From contig JAITQO010000016.1 of NCBI GenBank assembly GCA_031288835.1, positions 8,167 through 72,166 of the forward strand: a stretch of 64,000 nt of DNA, given 5' to 3'. A model generated the notes under the pieces. The model made no database searches. It worked only from the letters and a program-made list of their open reading frames with translations, and was not told the DNA's origin. Of this stretch, positions 41,457 through 51,541 are shown one piece after another (positions within the stretch are counted from its first letter, which is position 1; every line of letters starts with the position of its first letter). The translations under genes and the position numbers were made by a program. Source of the DNA: Rickettsiales bacterium (GTDB lineage Bacteria > Pseudomonadota > Alphaproteobacteria > Rs-D84).

Positions 41457-44400
41457 ATGGTTCTTCACAGATTTTCGGTGGGTTTGCTTGCATTGCTTGC
41501 AGTGGCGTTCTTACCGTCGGATTCCGCGCGCGCGGCATATTCCTGTCCCATAACCTATACATCGTGCAATGCGAACTATTATTATTCCGGCGGAAATTGC
41601 ACGGCATGCTCGTCTCTTTCCGGCAGCTACACATTGAAGGACGGCGCGAATACCAACGGCAGCACGTCCTGCTATAAAACGTGCGCCGCCGCGTCAACCT
41701 GCACGAATTGCTCGCTTGTGCGGGCGGCGGAAAAGGTTTACTCTCCATCGGGTGCATGTTCTTATGCTCTTACCTGCAGCAATGGATATTACAGTTCCTC
41801 GCACGGCGGGAGCGTTTCGACCAGTACTGCAAGCTGCACAGCGTGCACGAATACTCCGACATACTATACATACGCGAATTGGAGTTATTCAAGCGCGGCG
41901 ACATCGGCAACGGGTTGTTCGACGTCAATCAGCTCGTGCAAAACCAATTCGGTGACCAATACGTGCGGAAACGCATGCACTCCGACGACGGCCACCAGCT
42001 GCAATCCGACTTCATGCACTCCGGCGGCGTGCACGTCGCAGGCGTCATACAATTTGAACGGCGGTTCCGGCACCGCGCCGAGCGCGACAACATGCACGAA
42101 CGGGACGAGCTGTACGCTGGCCAGCGCCGCGACGAACACGTTCTATCGCGCCGGATACCAGTTTGTCGGATGGAACGCCAGTTCCAGCGCGACGACGGGC
42201 AGCACGGCCGCGACGATATCGGCCAACACTACGTTTTATGCGATATGGACCGCGTGCGCTACGGGCACATCCAAGGGAGCCAGCGCGAACGCGAATGCGG
42301 CGTGCACCAGCTGTAGCGCTGGAACATATAGTGCATCCACTGGTTCGTCGTCATGTGCTTCGTGTGCTGCTGGAACTTATAATACTTCCGCCGGTTCTAC
42401 GTCATGCACATCATGTGCCGCCGGAACGTATAATACTTCCGCCGGTTCGACGTCGTGCACGTCATGTGCCGCTGGAACTTATAATACCTCTGCCGGTTCT
42501 ACGTCGTGTACATCGTGTGCCGCCGGAACATATAATAATGCGAGTAAGTCAACTTCATGTACTGACTGCAATGCTGGAACGTATAATACTTCCGCTGGTT
42601 CTACGTCGTGCACATCGTGCGCCATCGGAACGTATAACAATGTAAAGAAGTCGACCTCGTGTACTGACTGCAATGCTGGAACGTATAATGCATCCGCCGG
42701 TTCGACATCGTGCACTTCGTGCGTTATCGGTTCGTATAATAATGCAAAGAAGTCGTCTTCGTGCTCCGCGTGCGGTAACGGCTCGACAACCGGAGCGGCG
42801 GGAAGAACTTCTTGCGACGCGACCTGCTCCAATGGGGCGAACGCGTCCGCATGGTCGGCGGCGTCCTGGGTTTCGGCCAGCAACACGATAACCAATCTCT
42901 GCACGATTTCGACGTGCGGCGCGGGATATGATTTGTCCGGCAACGCCTGCGGCGTCCACACATACAAGATTACATATTATAACGTGACCAACGGAGTCGA
43001 CGGAGTTACCGGAATAACGAGCAACGGCGGCAATGCGGCGACCTATACTGTCGTAACGGCCGTCACGTTTGCCAATCCAGCGCGCACCGGGTATACGTTC
43101 GGAGGCTGGTATGCCGCCAGCAACTTCTCTGGGACGGCCGCAACCGGCATATCTGTCGGCAATACCGGGGACAAAGTATTTTATGCAAAGTGGACGGTGA
43201 ACACATACACGGTTTCATTTAATGGAAACGGACAGACCAGCGAGGTCAGCACAGAGCCCAATTCGATAACCTGCACATATGACGCCGACTGCACGCTGCC
43301 CGGGCGCGGAAGCCTGGCAAGGGCCGGCTATATATGGAGTGGGTGGTGCACAAATACGGCCGGAACCGCGAATTGCAGCACCACCACCGTGAAAAATCTG
43401 TCCACGGGCGCCGCGGTCACAATGTATGCGAAATGGGAGGGATGCGGCGCCGGAAAGTTCTCCAATACCTCGGCGAACACATGCGACACATGCGCGGCGG
43501 GAAGTTACAGCACAAGCGCCGCGAATGCGTCCTGCACTATGTGCGAAGCCGGGAACAAGTGCGTGAATGGCGCGAAAACTGCGTGCGGTGGCGCCAACGA
43601 GTGGCAGGAATTGCCGGAGAAATCGGTCTGCGATACGGTTGAGGACGGAAAGAAAAAAGTGTCCGGCAAAAACGACAAGATTGAAGACTGCGGCTATGGG
43701 TATTATTGCAAGAACGGGGTTTCAACCGCATGCCCGGCAGGGACGAAGCCGCTGCCAGGAAGCGCCGAGACTACCTTGGCTCCGACAAAATCGCTGATTA
43801 CCGATTGTGCTCAGACCGGAGTAGGGTGTACGCCCGACGGCGGCGGAATTGGCGAGCAGTTGTGCTATTGGAAACCAAGCGATTCGGCTTATAACACCTG
43901 CGAAACATGCAATTTGATAGGGTGTCCTCCCGGCGAGCATCAGGTCGGCATGTCGTGTAAAAGCAACATCCAGCCATGCACAAACAGCGAAGTCGGGCTG
44001 AACAGCGCAGGCGGCATGACGGTCTCTGGAAATGCCAAATATGTCTCGGACGGAGTTTGGGATGTGTCCCAGTGCTACGCCACGGGATTGCCGCACGGGG
44101 GAACCGGATTCCACGGCACAGGAACAAAAGCATGTTATTGGACATCCGGCCTCGGAGATGCCGGCGTGGCAAAATTCGAATCATCCTGCAACAATTATAA
44201 CCTGACATCCTGCGACGGCGGATACTACCGCGATGTAGCCAATGCGAGCAGTTGCGTCCCTGCGGGGATTGGATATTACAGCCCGAACACCAGCATTTCG
44301 CGGACAAGATGCCAGGACAGCGGTACCACCGCAACGGATACGGAGGATTCGCAGAACAAGTGCTATAAGGAGAATCTTCCGTTCGACGGAACGCATTGCG

Positions 44401-46415
44401 ACGGAAGGCAGACATGCTGGCTTGGCAGCTCCGGCAGCGAATACAAGACAAATTGCCAGGTCACCGCCATAACGTCCTGCGACGCCGGATACTATTATTA
44501 TAACGACGGCACGGGAAGCGCACCGCACGGAACGATTGCGCCTAAGGGCTTTTACAGCCCCGATGGAGCGATTTCCGCCATCGCCTGTTCGGGCGGCGGC
44601 GATACGGACGGCACGGGCAGCACGAGCGTCAACGCATGCTTTAAGAAATGCTCGGCCCCGGCGCTGCCGGCAAATGCCGACGCAATCAGCCCCGTCAACG
44701 GCAAGGAATATTATTCCGGCGCCGGATATCCGGCTTGCACTTATAACGTTGTCTGCAAGCCGGGCTTTACCGCCGCCGACAATCATACGACGTCTCCGTC
44801 GTGCGTCAGAAACACGATAACCGTCTATTATGACCCGAATGGAGGAACCGAGGCCATGAATCCGCAGAATTGTCCGTTCGGAGACGATTGCTACGCGGTG
44901 GACAACGCGTTCAGAAGGGCCGGATATGTCTTTGTCAAATGGTGCACGACCGCATCCGGCGGCGGGATATGCATCAACCAGAACGGAAACATCGGAAGCT
45001 TTGTGAACGGCATCGTGACGCTATATGCTCAGTGGGCGCCGTGCAACAACGGCATGTATAGCGACAATAATAATTCGTCGGGTTTGGTTTGCCGGTATTG
45101 CCCGAAGGGAACATATGCTCCTGCCGGAGCCACGGCATACGCGTCGTGTTTGAATGCGGGCGTCGGATATCGAACCTCTAACTGCGCCAACAGCGATTGG
45201 ACCGGATGCAGAGAAAGGGTTCAGTGCGAAATCGGAACGTATTCCGATATAGAGAACGCCGCGGCAATCTGCACGTTATGCCCGGCCGGGAAGTATTGCC
45301 CGACGGCGGGCGCCGGCAGCGTCGGAGCTTTGCCGAATTGCGGCGCGGGATATTACTGTCCGATTGGCTCTATAAACGGCAAGGGTTGGGATGGATACGA
45401 TAACGACGACAAACTGTGCGCGGCGGGATATTACTGCCCGGCCGGCTCGGATACCGCAACCGAAATAATTTGCCCGGTCGGCAGTTTCTGCCCAGAGGGA
45501 AGCGGTCAGCCGACGCCGTGTCCGTCGAATAATTATTGCGTGCAAACCAAGCTTGCCGAGGCGGTCTGCAATCCGGGATACGCTCTGAATGTTAGCATCG
45601 GCGGCGTCCGGACATGCGACATCATTGCCGGCCCGTGCCCGATTGACAACGGAGTCGGAGAACGGAACGTCGTGACCGGAATCTGCGAAGTCGTGTCATG
45701 CAATGCCGGATACAGCAAATCCTCCGACGGGCTTGCCTGCAAATCAAAGACGTCGTGCCAGCGCGGCCAGGGCTGGAACGGCACTTCGTGCGTGCCTTGC
45801 AGTTTGCCGGGCGCCCTGGACTACAGTCTTGCCGCCAATGGGGAATGCGTGATTGCCGCGTGCGCGGCGGGACATCATTTGGACAAGGACAAGAACGAAT
45901 GCGCGCCGAACACCAGGGAATGTTCGATTGAAAAAGGCGAGGGTGTGCAGAGTTGGACAAATAAATCGTGGGGCGGGTGCGTCGTTTCCGATTGCGACAG
46001 CGATTATCATATCGAAAACAACATGTGCGTGGAAAACACTCTGCCATGCGCGATTGATAACGGCCGCGGCGTGAAAAAATGGATTGGCAGCGCCGCGAAC
46101 GGGCATTGGAGCGACTGCGAGGCGGAGCTTTGCAATGCGGGCTATACTTCAGACCGCGCGCTGACCAACGATTGGACGGTTCCGTGCGGCCGCTGCAACA
46201 ATTACTATGGATATGACGGCTCGCCCGCGGTCGGCAGTTATTCTTCGGAATGCAATATAGCGGTGTGCTTGTATCAGGGAGAAAAGTATGTCCTTGAAGG
46301 CGACGAGTGCGTTCCGATTTGCGAAAACCGCGAAGATGACACCGGAATAATGAAGTTTAATTCGGGTACGAATAAGTGCGAGCGTAATTGCGAAGATGGA
46401 TACGTGTCATGGTAG
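41457..46415 (+). CDS. 1652-aa Cys-rich repeat surface protein (ephrin-receptor-like/GCC2-GCC3-type CxxC..GxY repeats plus Listeria-Bacteroides-type repeats)
   Basis: Signal peptide MVLHRFSVGLLALLAVAFLPSDSARA. Nine tandem CTSCAAGTYNTSAGSTS units. Segments such as YNLNGGSGTAPS...FYRAGYQFVGWN...TTFYAIWT, ITYYN...RTGYTFGGWY...FYAKWT and VYYDPNGG...RAGYVFVKWC...LYAQWA. Confidence 0.75.
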   Translation: MVLHRFSVGLLALLAVAFLPSDSARAAYSCPITYTSCNANYYYSGGNCTACSSLSGSYTLKDGANTNGSTSCYKTCAAASTCTNCSLVRAAEKVYSPSGACSYALTCSNGYYSSSHGGSVSTSTASCTACTNTPTYYTYANWSYSSAATSATGCSTSISSCKTNSVTNTCGNACTPTTATSCNPTSCTPAACTSQASYNLNGGSGTAPSATTCTNGTSCTLASAATNTFYRAGYQFVGWNASSSATTGSTAATISANTTFYAIWTACATGTSKGASANANAACTSCSAGTYSASTGSSSCASCAAGTYNTSAGSTSCTSCAAGTYNTSAGSTSCTSCAAGTYNTSAGSTSCTSCAAGTYNNASKSTSCTDCNAGTYNTSAGSTSCTSCAIGTYNNVKKSTSCTDCNAGTYNASAGSTSCTSCVIGSYNNAKKSSSCSACGNGSTTGAAGRTSCDATCSNGANASAWSAASWVSASNTITNLCTISTCGAGYDLSGNACGVHTYKITYYNVTNGVDGVTGITSNGGNAATYTVVTAVTFANPARTGYTFGGWYAASNFSGTAATGISVGNTGDKVFYAKWTVNTYTVSFNGNGQTSEVSTEPNSITCTYDADCTLPGRGSLARAGYIWSGWCTNTAGTANCSTTTVKNLSTGAAVTMYAKWEGCGAGKFSNTSANTCDTCAAGSYSTSAANASCTMCEAGNKCVNGAKTACGGANEWQELPEKSVCDTVEDGKKKVSGKNDKIEDCGYGYYCKNGVSTACPAGTKPLPGSAETTLAPTKSLITDCAQTGVGCTPDGGGIGEQLCYWKPSDSAYNTCETCNLIGCPPGEHQVGMSCKSNIQPCTNSEVGLNSAGGMTVSGNAKYVSDGVWDVSQCYATGLPHGGTGFHGTGTKACYWTSGLGDAGVAKFESSCNNYNLTSCDGGYYRDVANASSCVPAGIGYYSPNTSISRTRCQDSGTTATDTEDSQNKCYKENLPFDGTHCDGRQTCWLGSSGSEYKTNCQVTAITSCDAGYYYYNDGTGSAPHGTIAPKGFYSPDGAISAIACSGGGDTDGTGSTSVNACFKKCSAPALPANADAISPVNGKEYYSGAGYPACTYNVVCKPGFTAADNHTTSPSCVRNTITVYYDPNGGTEAMNPQNCPFGDDCYAVDNAFRRAGYVFVKWCTTASGGGICINQNGNIGSFVNGIVTLYAQWAPCNNGMYSDNNNSSGLVCRYCPKGTYAPAGATAYASCLNAGVGYRTSNCANSDWTGCRERVQCEIGTYSDIENAAAICTLCPAGKYCPTAGAGSVGALPNCGAGYYCPIGSINGKGWDGYDNDDKLCAAGYYCPAGSDTATEIICPVGSFCPEGSGQPTPCPSNNYCVQTKLAEAVCNPGYALNVSIGGVRTCDIIAGPCPIDNGVGERNVVTGICEVVSCNAGYSKSSDGLACKSKTSCQRGQGWNGTSCVPCSLPGALDYSLAANGECVIAACAAGHHLDKDKNECAPNTRECSIEKGEGVQSWTNKSWGGCVVSDCDSDYHIENNMCVENTLPCAIDNGRGVKKWIGSAANGHWSDCEAELCNAGYTSDRALTNDWTVPCGRCNNYYGYDGSPAVGSYSSECNIAVCLYQGEKYVLEGDECVPICENREDDTGIMKFNSGTNKCERNCEDGYVSW
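42312..42770 (+). repeat. in-frame tandem repeat, 9 x 51 nt (17-aa Cys-containing unit)
   Basis: A Cys codon recurs at 42312, 42363, 42414, 42465, 42516, 42567, 42618, 42669 and 42720. The middle units are near-identical at the protein level with synonymous DNA drift. Confidence 0.85.
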
Positions 46416-46425
46416 AAAACAGCCC

Positions 46426-46454
46426 TTGCTATTTCCGCGGTGGCTATTTATAAT
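46426..46454 (+). promoter_or_regulatory. promoter TTGCTA-N17-TATAAT, 6 nt before the murE ATG (leaderless candidate)
   Basis: TTGCTA 46426..46431, TATAAT 46449..46454, ATG 46461. Confidence 0.5.
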
Positions 46455-46460
46455 GCGGGC

Positions 46461-47906
46461 ATGAAAATCAATGGTATCGAGATTACCGGAATAACGAAAG
46501 ATTCGCGCGCCGTCAGGCCCGGATGGGCATACTTTGCCATTGCCGGGAAATACGACGGGTCTATGAATTATATCCCCATGGCGCTGGAAAAGGGTGCGGC
46601 ACTGATAATCGCGGACGAAAAGGACGAGATTCCGGTCGATGTTCCGACGGGCAAATTATTCAAAGTCCCGAATATCCGCCGGTTTCTGGCCGAATGCGCG
46701 ACCGAATTCTTTCAGCCGCTGCCCGAAAATATCATCGCCGTCACTGGGACCAACGGAAAAACGTCGACAATTCATTTCTGCCGTCATATTTTGGAAAAAT
46801 TGGGCAAAAACGCCGCGTCCATCGGAACCATGGGATTGATTCACAAGGGTGTCCAGGCCGATATAGGCGTTGCCGGGAACACGTCGCCCGATCCTGTATT
46901 GCTGTGCGACGTTTTGCATAAATTGAAGACACAGGACTGCGATTATATCGCGATGGAAGCGACAAGCGTAGGGCTGGATCAGGAGCGCATGAACACGCTG
47001 CCGGTAAAGGTCGCCGGTTTTACCAATTTGTCGCGCGACCATTTGGAATATCACGGCGATATGGAAAATTACTTCGCCGCGAAGAAAAAGCTGTTTTCAG
47101 AGGTTTTGACGGCGGACGGCGCGGCGGTCTTGAATGCGGATGACGCGAGTTTTAAGGAACTGTCGGAAATAAATCAGAACAGGAAAATAATTTCATACGG
47201 GCGCGCCGGCGGCCAAATAAAATTGATTTCCGCGGAATACGACGAAGAAAGCCAGAAAATCACCGCCGGAGTATTCGGCAAGGTATATGAATATTCGTTG
47301 TTCGCGGCGGGCGAGTTCCAAACGATAAACTCGTTGTGCGCTATAGGAATGATTATCGGGCTTGGTTTCGCGCCCGAGGACGTGGTTCGCGCCCTTGACC
47401 GGACGCCCGCGCCCGCCGGCCGCTTGCAGTATGTAGGCAGTCCTGTCAAGGGCGGCGGCGTTTATGTCGACTTTGCCCATACGCCGGACGCGCTGCGCAG
47501 CATGTTGGAATCCGCAAGGCGTTTTTGCAAGGGACGGCTGATGGTGCTAAGCGGCACCGGCGCGCCCAGGGACCCCGGCAAAAGGCCGATAATGGGCGCG
47601 GTCATGCAGGAGCTGGCGGACGTCGTGTATATCACGGACGGGTTTTACCGGACATACGATCCGGCGCCAATACGGGCGCAGATTGCCGCGGGGTGTCCCA
47701 AAGGGATAGAGATCCCGGGGCGCAGAAATGCGATTGCCCGCGCAATCAGGGATATGCGGGATGACGACGTTTTGGTACTTGCCGGAATGGCGGACGAGCA
47801 GTGGATATATGTCGGAACCGGCCGGTATCACTTCTCCGACATCGAGGAGGCGAGAAAGGCGATGGATTTGCGCGCCTGTTTTCCCGACCAGGATTTGCCG
47901 CTATGA
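46461..47906 (+). CDS. murE: UDP-N-acetylmuramoyl-L-alanyl-D-glutamate--2,6-diaminopimelate ligase
   Basis: ITKDSRAVRPGWAYFAI...VTGTNGKTST...NLSRDHLEYHGDMENYFAAKKKLF...DFAHTPDAL. The track start GTG 46440 lies inside the predicted promoter. Confidence 0.85.
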   Translation: MKINGIEITGITKDSRAVRPGWAYFAIAGKYDGSMNYIPMALEKGAALIIADEKDEIPVDVPTGKLFKVPNIRRFLAECATEFFQPLPENIIAVTGTNGKTSTIHFCRHILEKLGKNAASIGTMGLIHKGVQADIGVAGNTSPDPVLLCDVLHKLKTQDCDYIAMEATSVGLDQERMNTLPVKVAGFTNLSRDHLEYHGDMENYFAAKKKLFSEVLTADGAAVLNADDASFKELSEINQNRKIISYGRAGGQIKLISAEYDEESQKITAGVFGKVYEYSLFAAGEFQTINSLCAIGMIIGLGFAPEDVVRALDRTPAPAGRLQYVGSPVKGGGVYVDFAHTPDALRSMLESARRFCKGRLMVLSGTGAPRDPGKRPIMGAVMQELADVVYITDGFYRTYDPAPIRAQIAAGCPKGIEIPGRRNAIARAIRDMRDDDVLVLAGMADEQWIYVGTGRYHFSDIEEARKAMDLRACFPDQDLPL

Positions 47907-47914
47907 TTTCATGG

Positions 47915-48589
47915 TTATTTGGAGCGTTCCGTCGTCCGACTCAATATTGAATTAATCGGTGCGTAGCTAATTCCGGTGATGCTGAGATACAGCGGAATAT
48001 TCTTCCCATCCTGACTCTCCACGATATGGTCGAAGTCTATCGTTTCGGCCACCTTCCGCATTCCGAGTTTTTTGGAATAAAAACGCTGAGACTGCGTGTT
48101 GTTTATATTATATTCGACGATCAGGTTTTTGTATTTCGCGCCGATTTCTCTTAATGCCGCCGATACCAGTAGCCCCCCCAGCCCCTGGTGCTGGAAACTC
48201 GGCTTCAGGTAAATCTGGTTCAGTATCGCGGTTTTGTCGGTCAGGTTGGGCGCGTTCTGCGAGAACTCTATCCGGCGCATGAACTGGTATTCGAATCCGT
48301 TCAGTTCCTTGATTTCCATGGCGCAATGCGTACCGTTGGTTTTATAGTGGTCGGGAATGCCGTTGAATCTGGCGAATCCGATCGGCTCATTGTCGTCGCT
48401 TAGCACGAACACCATCTTTTCCTTGGAGAATTTCCGAATTCGGTCGATGAAATACGGGTAGGTATAGCGCATCATTTCAATGGGGTCCTTGTATCCCGCG
48501 GACACCGCGCGATATGATTCCATGTATGCGCCCGCCAATGTTTCAAGATCGTCCAAGTGTTCGCCGATTGGTTTTGTATTGATTTTCAT
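47915..48589 (-). CDS. GNAT-family N-acetyltransferase
   Basis: ...IYLKPSFQHQGLGGLLVSAALREIGAKYKNLIVEYNINNTQSQRFYSKKLGM (acetyl-CoA binding Q/RxxGxG/A-like motif). Confidence 0.65.
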   Translation of the reverse strand: MKINTKPIGEHLDDLETLAGAYMESYRAVSAGYKDPIEMMRYTYPYFIDRIRKFSKEKMVFVLSDDNEPIGFARFNGIPDHYKTNGTHCAMEIKELNGFEYQFMRRIEFSQNAPNLTDKTAILNQIYLKPSFQHQGLGGLLVSAALREIGAKYKNLIVEYNINNTQSQRFYSKKLGMRKVAETIDFDHIVESQDGKNIPLYLSITGISYAPINSILSRTTERSK

Positions 48590-48639
48590 TTTTCCTCTTA
48601 TTTTTTTGTCAAGTGGTATTTTAAAACAAAAAAAATAGT

Positions 48640-48668
48640 TTGCAAGTTATTTTTTTGAGGTATATAAT
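48640..48668 (+). promoter_or_regulatory. promoter TTGCAA-N17-TATAAT, 7 nt before ATG 48676 (leaderless candidate)
   Basis: TTGCAA 48640..48645 and TATAAT 48663..48668. Confidence 0.5.
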
Positions 48669-48675
48669 TTTTGGC

Positions 48676-49590
48676 ATGATATTGTTGAAAAGGTTGCTAT
48701 TCAGGGCGAAAAATATATTTCTTGGGAAACCGAAGCGTGCGAACAATGCCGATATTTCCATTCTGTTGTGTGGGGATTTCATGTTGGATTCCAGGATAGA
48801 GCCGTATTTGTTGAAATACGGAATGATGTATCCGTTCAGGGGATTGATGGCGGCGATGTCCGAATACGATGTCCGCGCAGTCAATTTGGAAACGCCGGTC
48901 AGCAATTTAGCCGGAATAAAATGGCCGGACAAGAAGTTTAATTTCAAGGGCGCCCCGTACATCGCGCGAATGCTGTCGCGCGCCGGATTCGGCTACGCGT
49001 CTTTGGCGAACAATCATATTTTGGATTTCGGGACGGCCGTCGCGAAAGATACCGTAAATAACTTGAATCGATGGGAGATAAAAAGTTCCGGCGTTCCGTT
49101 CGCGCCCAATCCGGGGATTGTGAAATCGAACGGATATAAAATCGCGTTTTTGTCGTTCATGGATGCGGAAATCGCGCCCGAGGGATTCGAGAAATCGGTT
49201 TGCATTTACGATAAAAGAGCCGCGGAAATCGCGCGAGCGAAAAGGGCGGCCGACTTTGTCATCGTCTCCATGCATTGGGGAGAAGAGCTGGCGCCGCACG
49301 CAAGCGGGCGTCAGAAAAAAATCGCGCGGGAAATCATAGATGCCGGCGCGTCCGTCGTATGGGGGCATCATCCGCACGTAATTCAGGAAATGGAAAAATA
49401 TAAAAACGGATTCATATTTTACAGTTTGGGAAACTTTATATTCTCGCATTTGTCGCCGAGCATCACTCGCGGCATGATTGCGGGTTTGGAAGTGAAAGAC
49501 AATAAGGTAAAAAGCGTGAGAAAATACATAATCAACAACGATAATTATCTGGTCAACTATGCGCCGCGCATAGTCCGGATTGTGTCGTAG
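48676..49590 (+). CDS. CapA/PGA_cap-family metallophosphatase-like protein
   Basis: ...LLCGDFMLD...VNLETPVS...ASLANNHILDFG...VSMHWGEE...VWGHHPHVIQ... The start is moved to ATG 48676 on promoter geometry. Confidence 0.65.
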   Translation: MILLKRLLFRAKNIFLGKPKRANNADISILLCGDFMLDSRIEPYLLKYGMMYPFRGLMAAMSEYDVRAVNLETPVSNLAGIKWPDKKFNFKGAPYIARMLSRAGFGYASLANNHILDFGTAVAKDTVNNLNRWEIKSSGVPFAPNPGIVKSNGYKIAFLSFMDAEIAPEGFEKSVCIYDKRAAEIARAKRAADFVIVSMHWGEELAPHASGRQKKIAREIIDAGASVVWGHHPHVIQEMEKYKNGFIFYSLGNFIFSHLSPSITRGMIAGLEVKDNKVKSVRKYIINNDNYLVNYAPRIVRIVS

Positions 49591-50189
49591 ACCGCGTTTT
49601 TCTTGCGCGAGTATGCCGCCCACATTTTATCGCCGTATGAAAAATGCCACCATTCGCGCGGGTAATTTGTAAAACCGGCTTCTTTCATCGCGCAGACAAG
49701 CATTCTTCGATTTTTGTTTTTGACAGCTTTGGTCGGCGTCGCGTCGTCGAAGTTCAGATATTTTCCGCCCATGTCCAGTTCGTGTCCGTGCGAATCGCAA
49801 AGCGTCAGGTCGACCGCGCCGCCGGTCTGATGCCCGCCGCCGCCGTTCGCCGGGTCCGCGACGCGCAGACGCGCCGTTCTTTTCAGTTCTTCTTCGCCGG
49901 CGTTTGGATACAGATGCCGCAATTCCGCAATCTTTTCATCCCATATTTTTTGCTGTTCGGAAAGCGGACGAAATCCGGAAAGTATTTTGATTCTGATTCC
50001 ATTCGGAAGTTTCGATTGCGCGGCACGCAATCTTTCGCACACGCCGCTTCTTAATTCCGTGTTTTGTATTTTTTTCAGTTTTTCCCCATTGTCGGCGACG
50101 CGCACTCGGTTGACAATCGCCGCGGGCAAAACATCGCGCAATCCGACGCGCCATAACAGGTAATTTATGTATATTTTGTAACCAAGCAT
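49557..50189 (-). CDS. M15-family D-Ala-D-Ala dipeptidase/carboxypeptidase (VanX/VanY-like)
   Basis: SGFRPLSEQQKIW...GGGGHQTGGAVDLTL...EWWHFSYGD. Confidence 0.75.
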   Translation of the reverse strand: MLGYKIYINYLLWRVGLRDVLPAAIVNRVRVADNGEKLKKIQNTELRSGVCERLRAAQSKLPNGIRIKILSGFRPLSEQQKIWDEKIAELRHLYPNAGEEELKRTARLRVADPANGGGGHQTGGAVDLTLCDSHGHELDMGGKYLNFDDATPTKAVKNKNRRMLVCAMKEAGFTNYPREWWHFSYGDKMWAAYSRKKNAVYDTIRTMRGA

Positions 50190-51241
50190 TAAAAATAATC
50201 CAACTTCATCGCGCGCTTGACGCGGGCAACCGTTTCGGCGGCGACGCCACGCGCCTTTTCCGTTCCGTCGCGCAGGATTTTCATGATCGCGCCCGGGTCT
50301 TTCTCCAATTCCTCGCGCCGCGTCCGAATCGGGCGCAGCGTTTCCTGCATCACTTCGTTCAGGAACTTTTTGACCTTTACATCGCCGAGCCCGCCGCGTT
50401 CGTAATGCGCGGCCAATTCGCCGTAATTTTTATATTCCGGCAAGAACGCCGCAAAATGCTCCGGCTTTGCGAACACGGACAGATAAATGAACACGGGATT
50501 GTTTTCGGTATGCCCCCGGTCTTCGATACGGAGGTGCAGCGGGTCGGTGAACATTGTTTTTATTTTCGCCGCGATATCGTTCGCGCTGTCTTTTAACGAA
50601 ATCACGTTGCCTAGGGATTTTCCCATCTTTGCGTTGCCGTCCGTTCCGGGCAGCCTGGCCTCGGACTCCGATTTCGGCACGACCGCCTTCGGCATGACAA
50701 GCGTTTCGCCATAAATCGAATTGAATCTTTTCACGATTTCCTGCGCCTGCTCCAGCATAGGCAACTGGTCTTCGCCGACCGGAACGATATTCGCGTCGAA
50801 CGCGGTTATATCGGCGGTTTGGGAAACCGGATACGTGAAGAACCCCACCGGCACGCCGCCGCTGAACTTTTCTTTCTGCGCGATTTCCGCCTTTACCGTG
50901 GGATTGCGCTGCAGCCGCGCGACGCTGACCAGATTCATGTAATAAAATGTCAATTCCGTCAGTTCGGATACCTCGGACTGGACGAACATAATCGTTTTCT
51001 TCTGGTCGTATCCGGCGGCAAGCATGTCGAGCGTTATTTCCATAACGTTCTCTCGCACCTTGGACGGGTTGTCGAAATTGTCGGTCAATCCCTGCGCGTC
51101 GGCAATCATGCAATACATTTTTTCATAACCGCCTTCATTTTGCAGCGCTATGTTCGGCCTCAGCGCGCCGACAAGATGCCCGATATGTAGCGCGCCCGTC
51201 GGCCTGACGCCCGTCAAGATTATGTTTTTATTCCGTGCCAT
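50189..51241 (-). CDS. trpS: tryptophan--tRNA ligase
   Basis: ILTGVRPTGALHIGHLVGAL (HIGH) and KMGKSLGN (KMSKS). Confidence 0.9.
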   Translation of the reverse strand: MARNKNIILTGVRPTGALHIGHLVGALRPNIALQNEGGYEKMYCMIADAQGLTDNFDNPSKVRENVMEITLDMLAAGYDQKKTIMFVQSEVSELTELTFYYMNLVSVARLQRNPTVKAEIAQKEKFSGGVPVGFFTYPVSQTADITAFDANIVPVGEDQLPMLEQAQEIVKRFNSIYGETLVMPKAVVPKSESEARLPGTDGNAKMGKSLGNVISLKDSANDIAAKIKTMFTDPLHLRIEDRGHTENNPVFIYLSVFAKPEHFAAFLPEYKNYGELAAHYERGGLGDVKVKKFLNEVMQETLRPIRTRREELEKDPGAIMKILRDGTEKARGVAAETVARVKRAMKLDYF

Positions 51242-51247
51242 GCGCCG

Positions 51248-51275
51248 ATTATAGCATTAAATTGACATTTGGCAA
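51248..51275 (-). promoter_or_regulatory. trpS promoter TTGCCA-N16-TGcTATAAT, 6 nt before ATG (leaderless candidate)
   Basis: On the minus strand: TTGCCA (51275..51270), TATAAT (51253..51248), cggcgc, ATG (51241). Confidence 0.5.
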
Positions 51276-51290
51276 AAGTTTTGTTATTCT
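51262..51290 (+). promoter_or_regulatory. infA promoter TTGACA-N17-TATTCT, 8 nt before ATG
   Basis: TTGACA 51262..51267, TATTCT 51285..51290, ATG 51299. Interleaved with the divergent trpS promoter. Confidence 0.45.
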
Positions 51291-51298
51291 TTGCCCAT

Positions 51299-51541
51299 AT
51301 GGCGAAAGACGATGTGATTGTTTTTTCCGGCGTTGTTTTGGACAAGATGCCGAACACTATGTTTTCAGTGCGATTGGAAAACGGGCATACCGTCACCGCG
51401 ACCGTTTCGGGCAAAATGCGCAAGAACCGCATTTGGGTCGGCCTGGGCGAAAAGGTTCAGGTTGAGATGACGCCGTATGATTTGACGAAGGGCCGGATTG
51501 TTTATGCCGAACGCAACCGCACCAGCCCGAACCAGCCCTAG
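51299..51541 (+). CDS. infA: translation initiation factor IF-1
   Basis: [69 protein letters not shown]. Confidence 0.9.
   Translation: MAKDDVIVFSGVVLDKMPNTMFSVRLENGHTVTATVSGKMRKNRIWVGLGEKVQVEMTPYDLTKGRIVYAERNRTSPNQP

Noticed and set aside
41332-41757. Upstream 142 codons of track ORF 40072..41757.
   Set aside because: This part runs through the divergent promoter region and into the start of the 41457 gene on the opposite strand. The plausible start is the signal-anchor MNIFVIILMALF at 41331.
42312-42770. A regularly spaced 51-nt repeat array that could superficially resemble a CRISPR array.
   Set aside because: There are no unique spacers. The repeats are contiguous and in-frame inside a long ORF, and they encode a conserved Cys-containing peptide.
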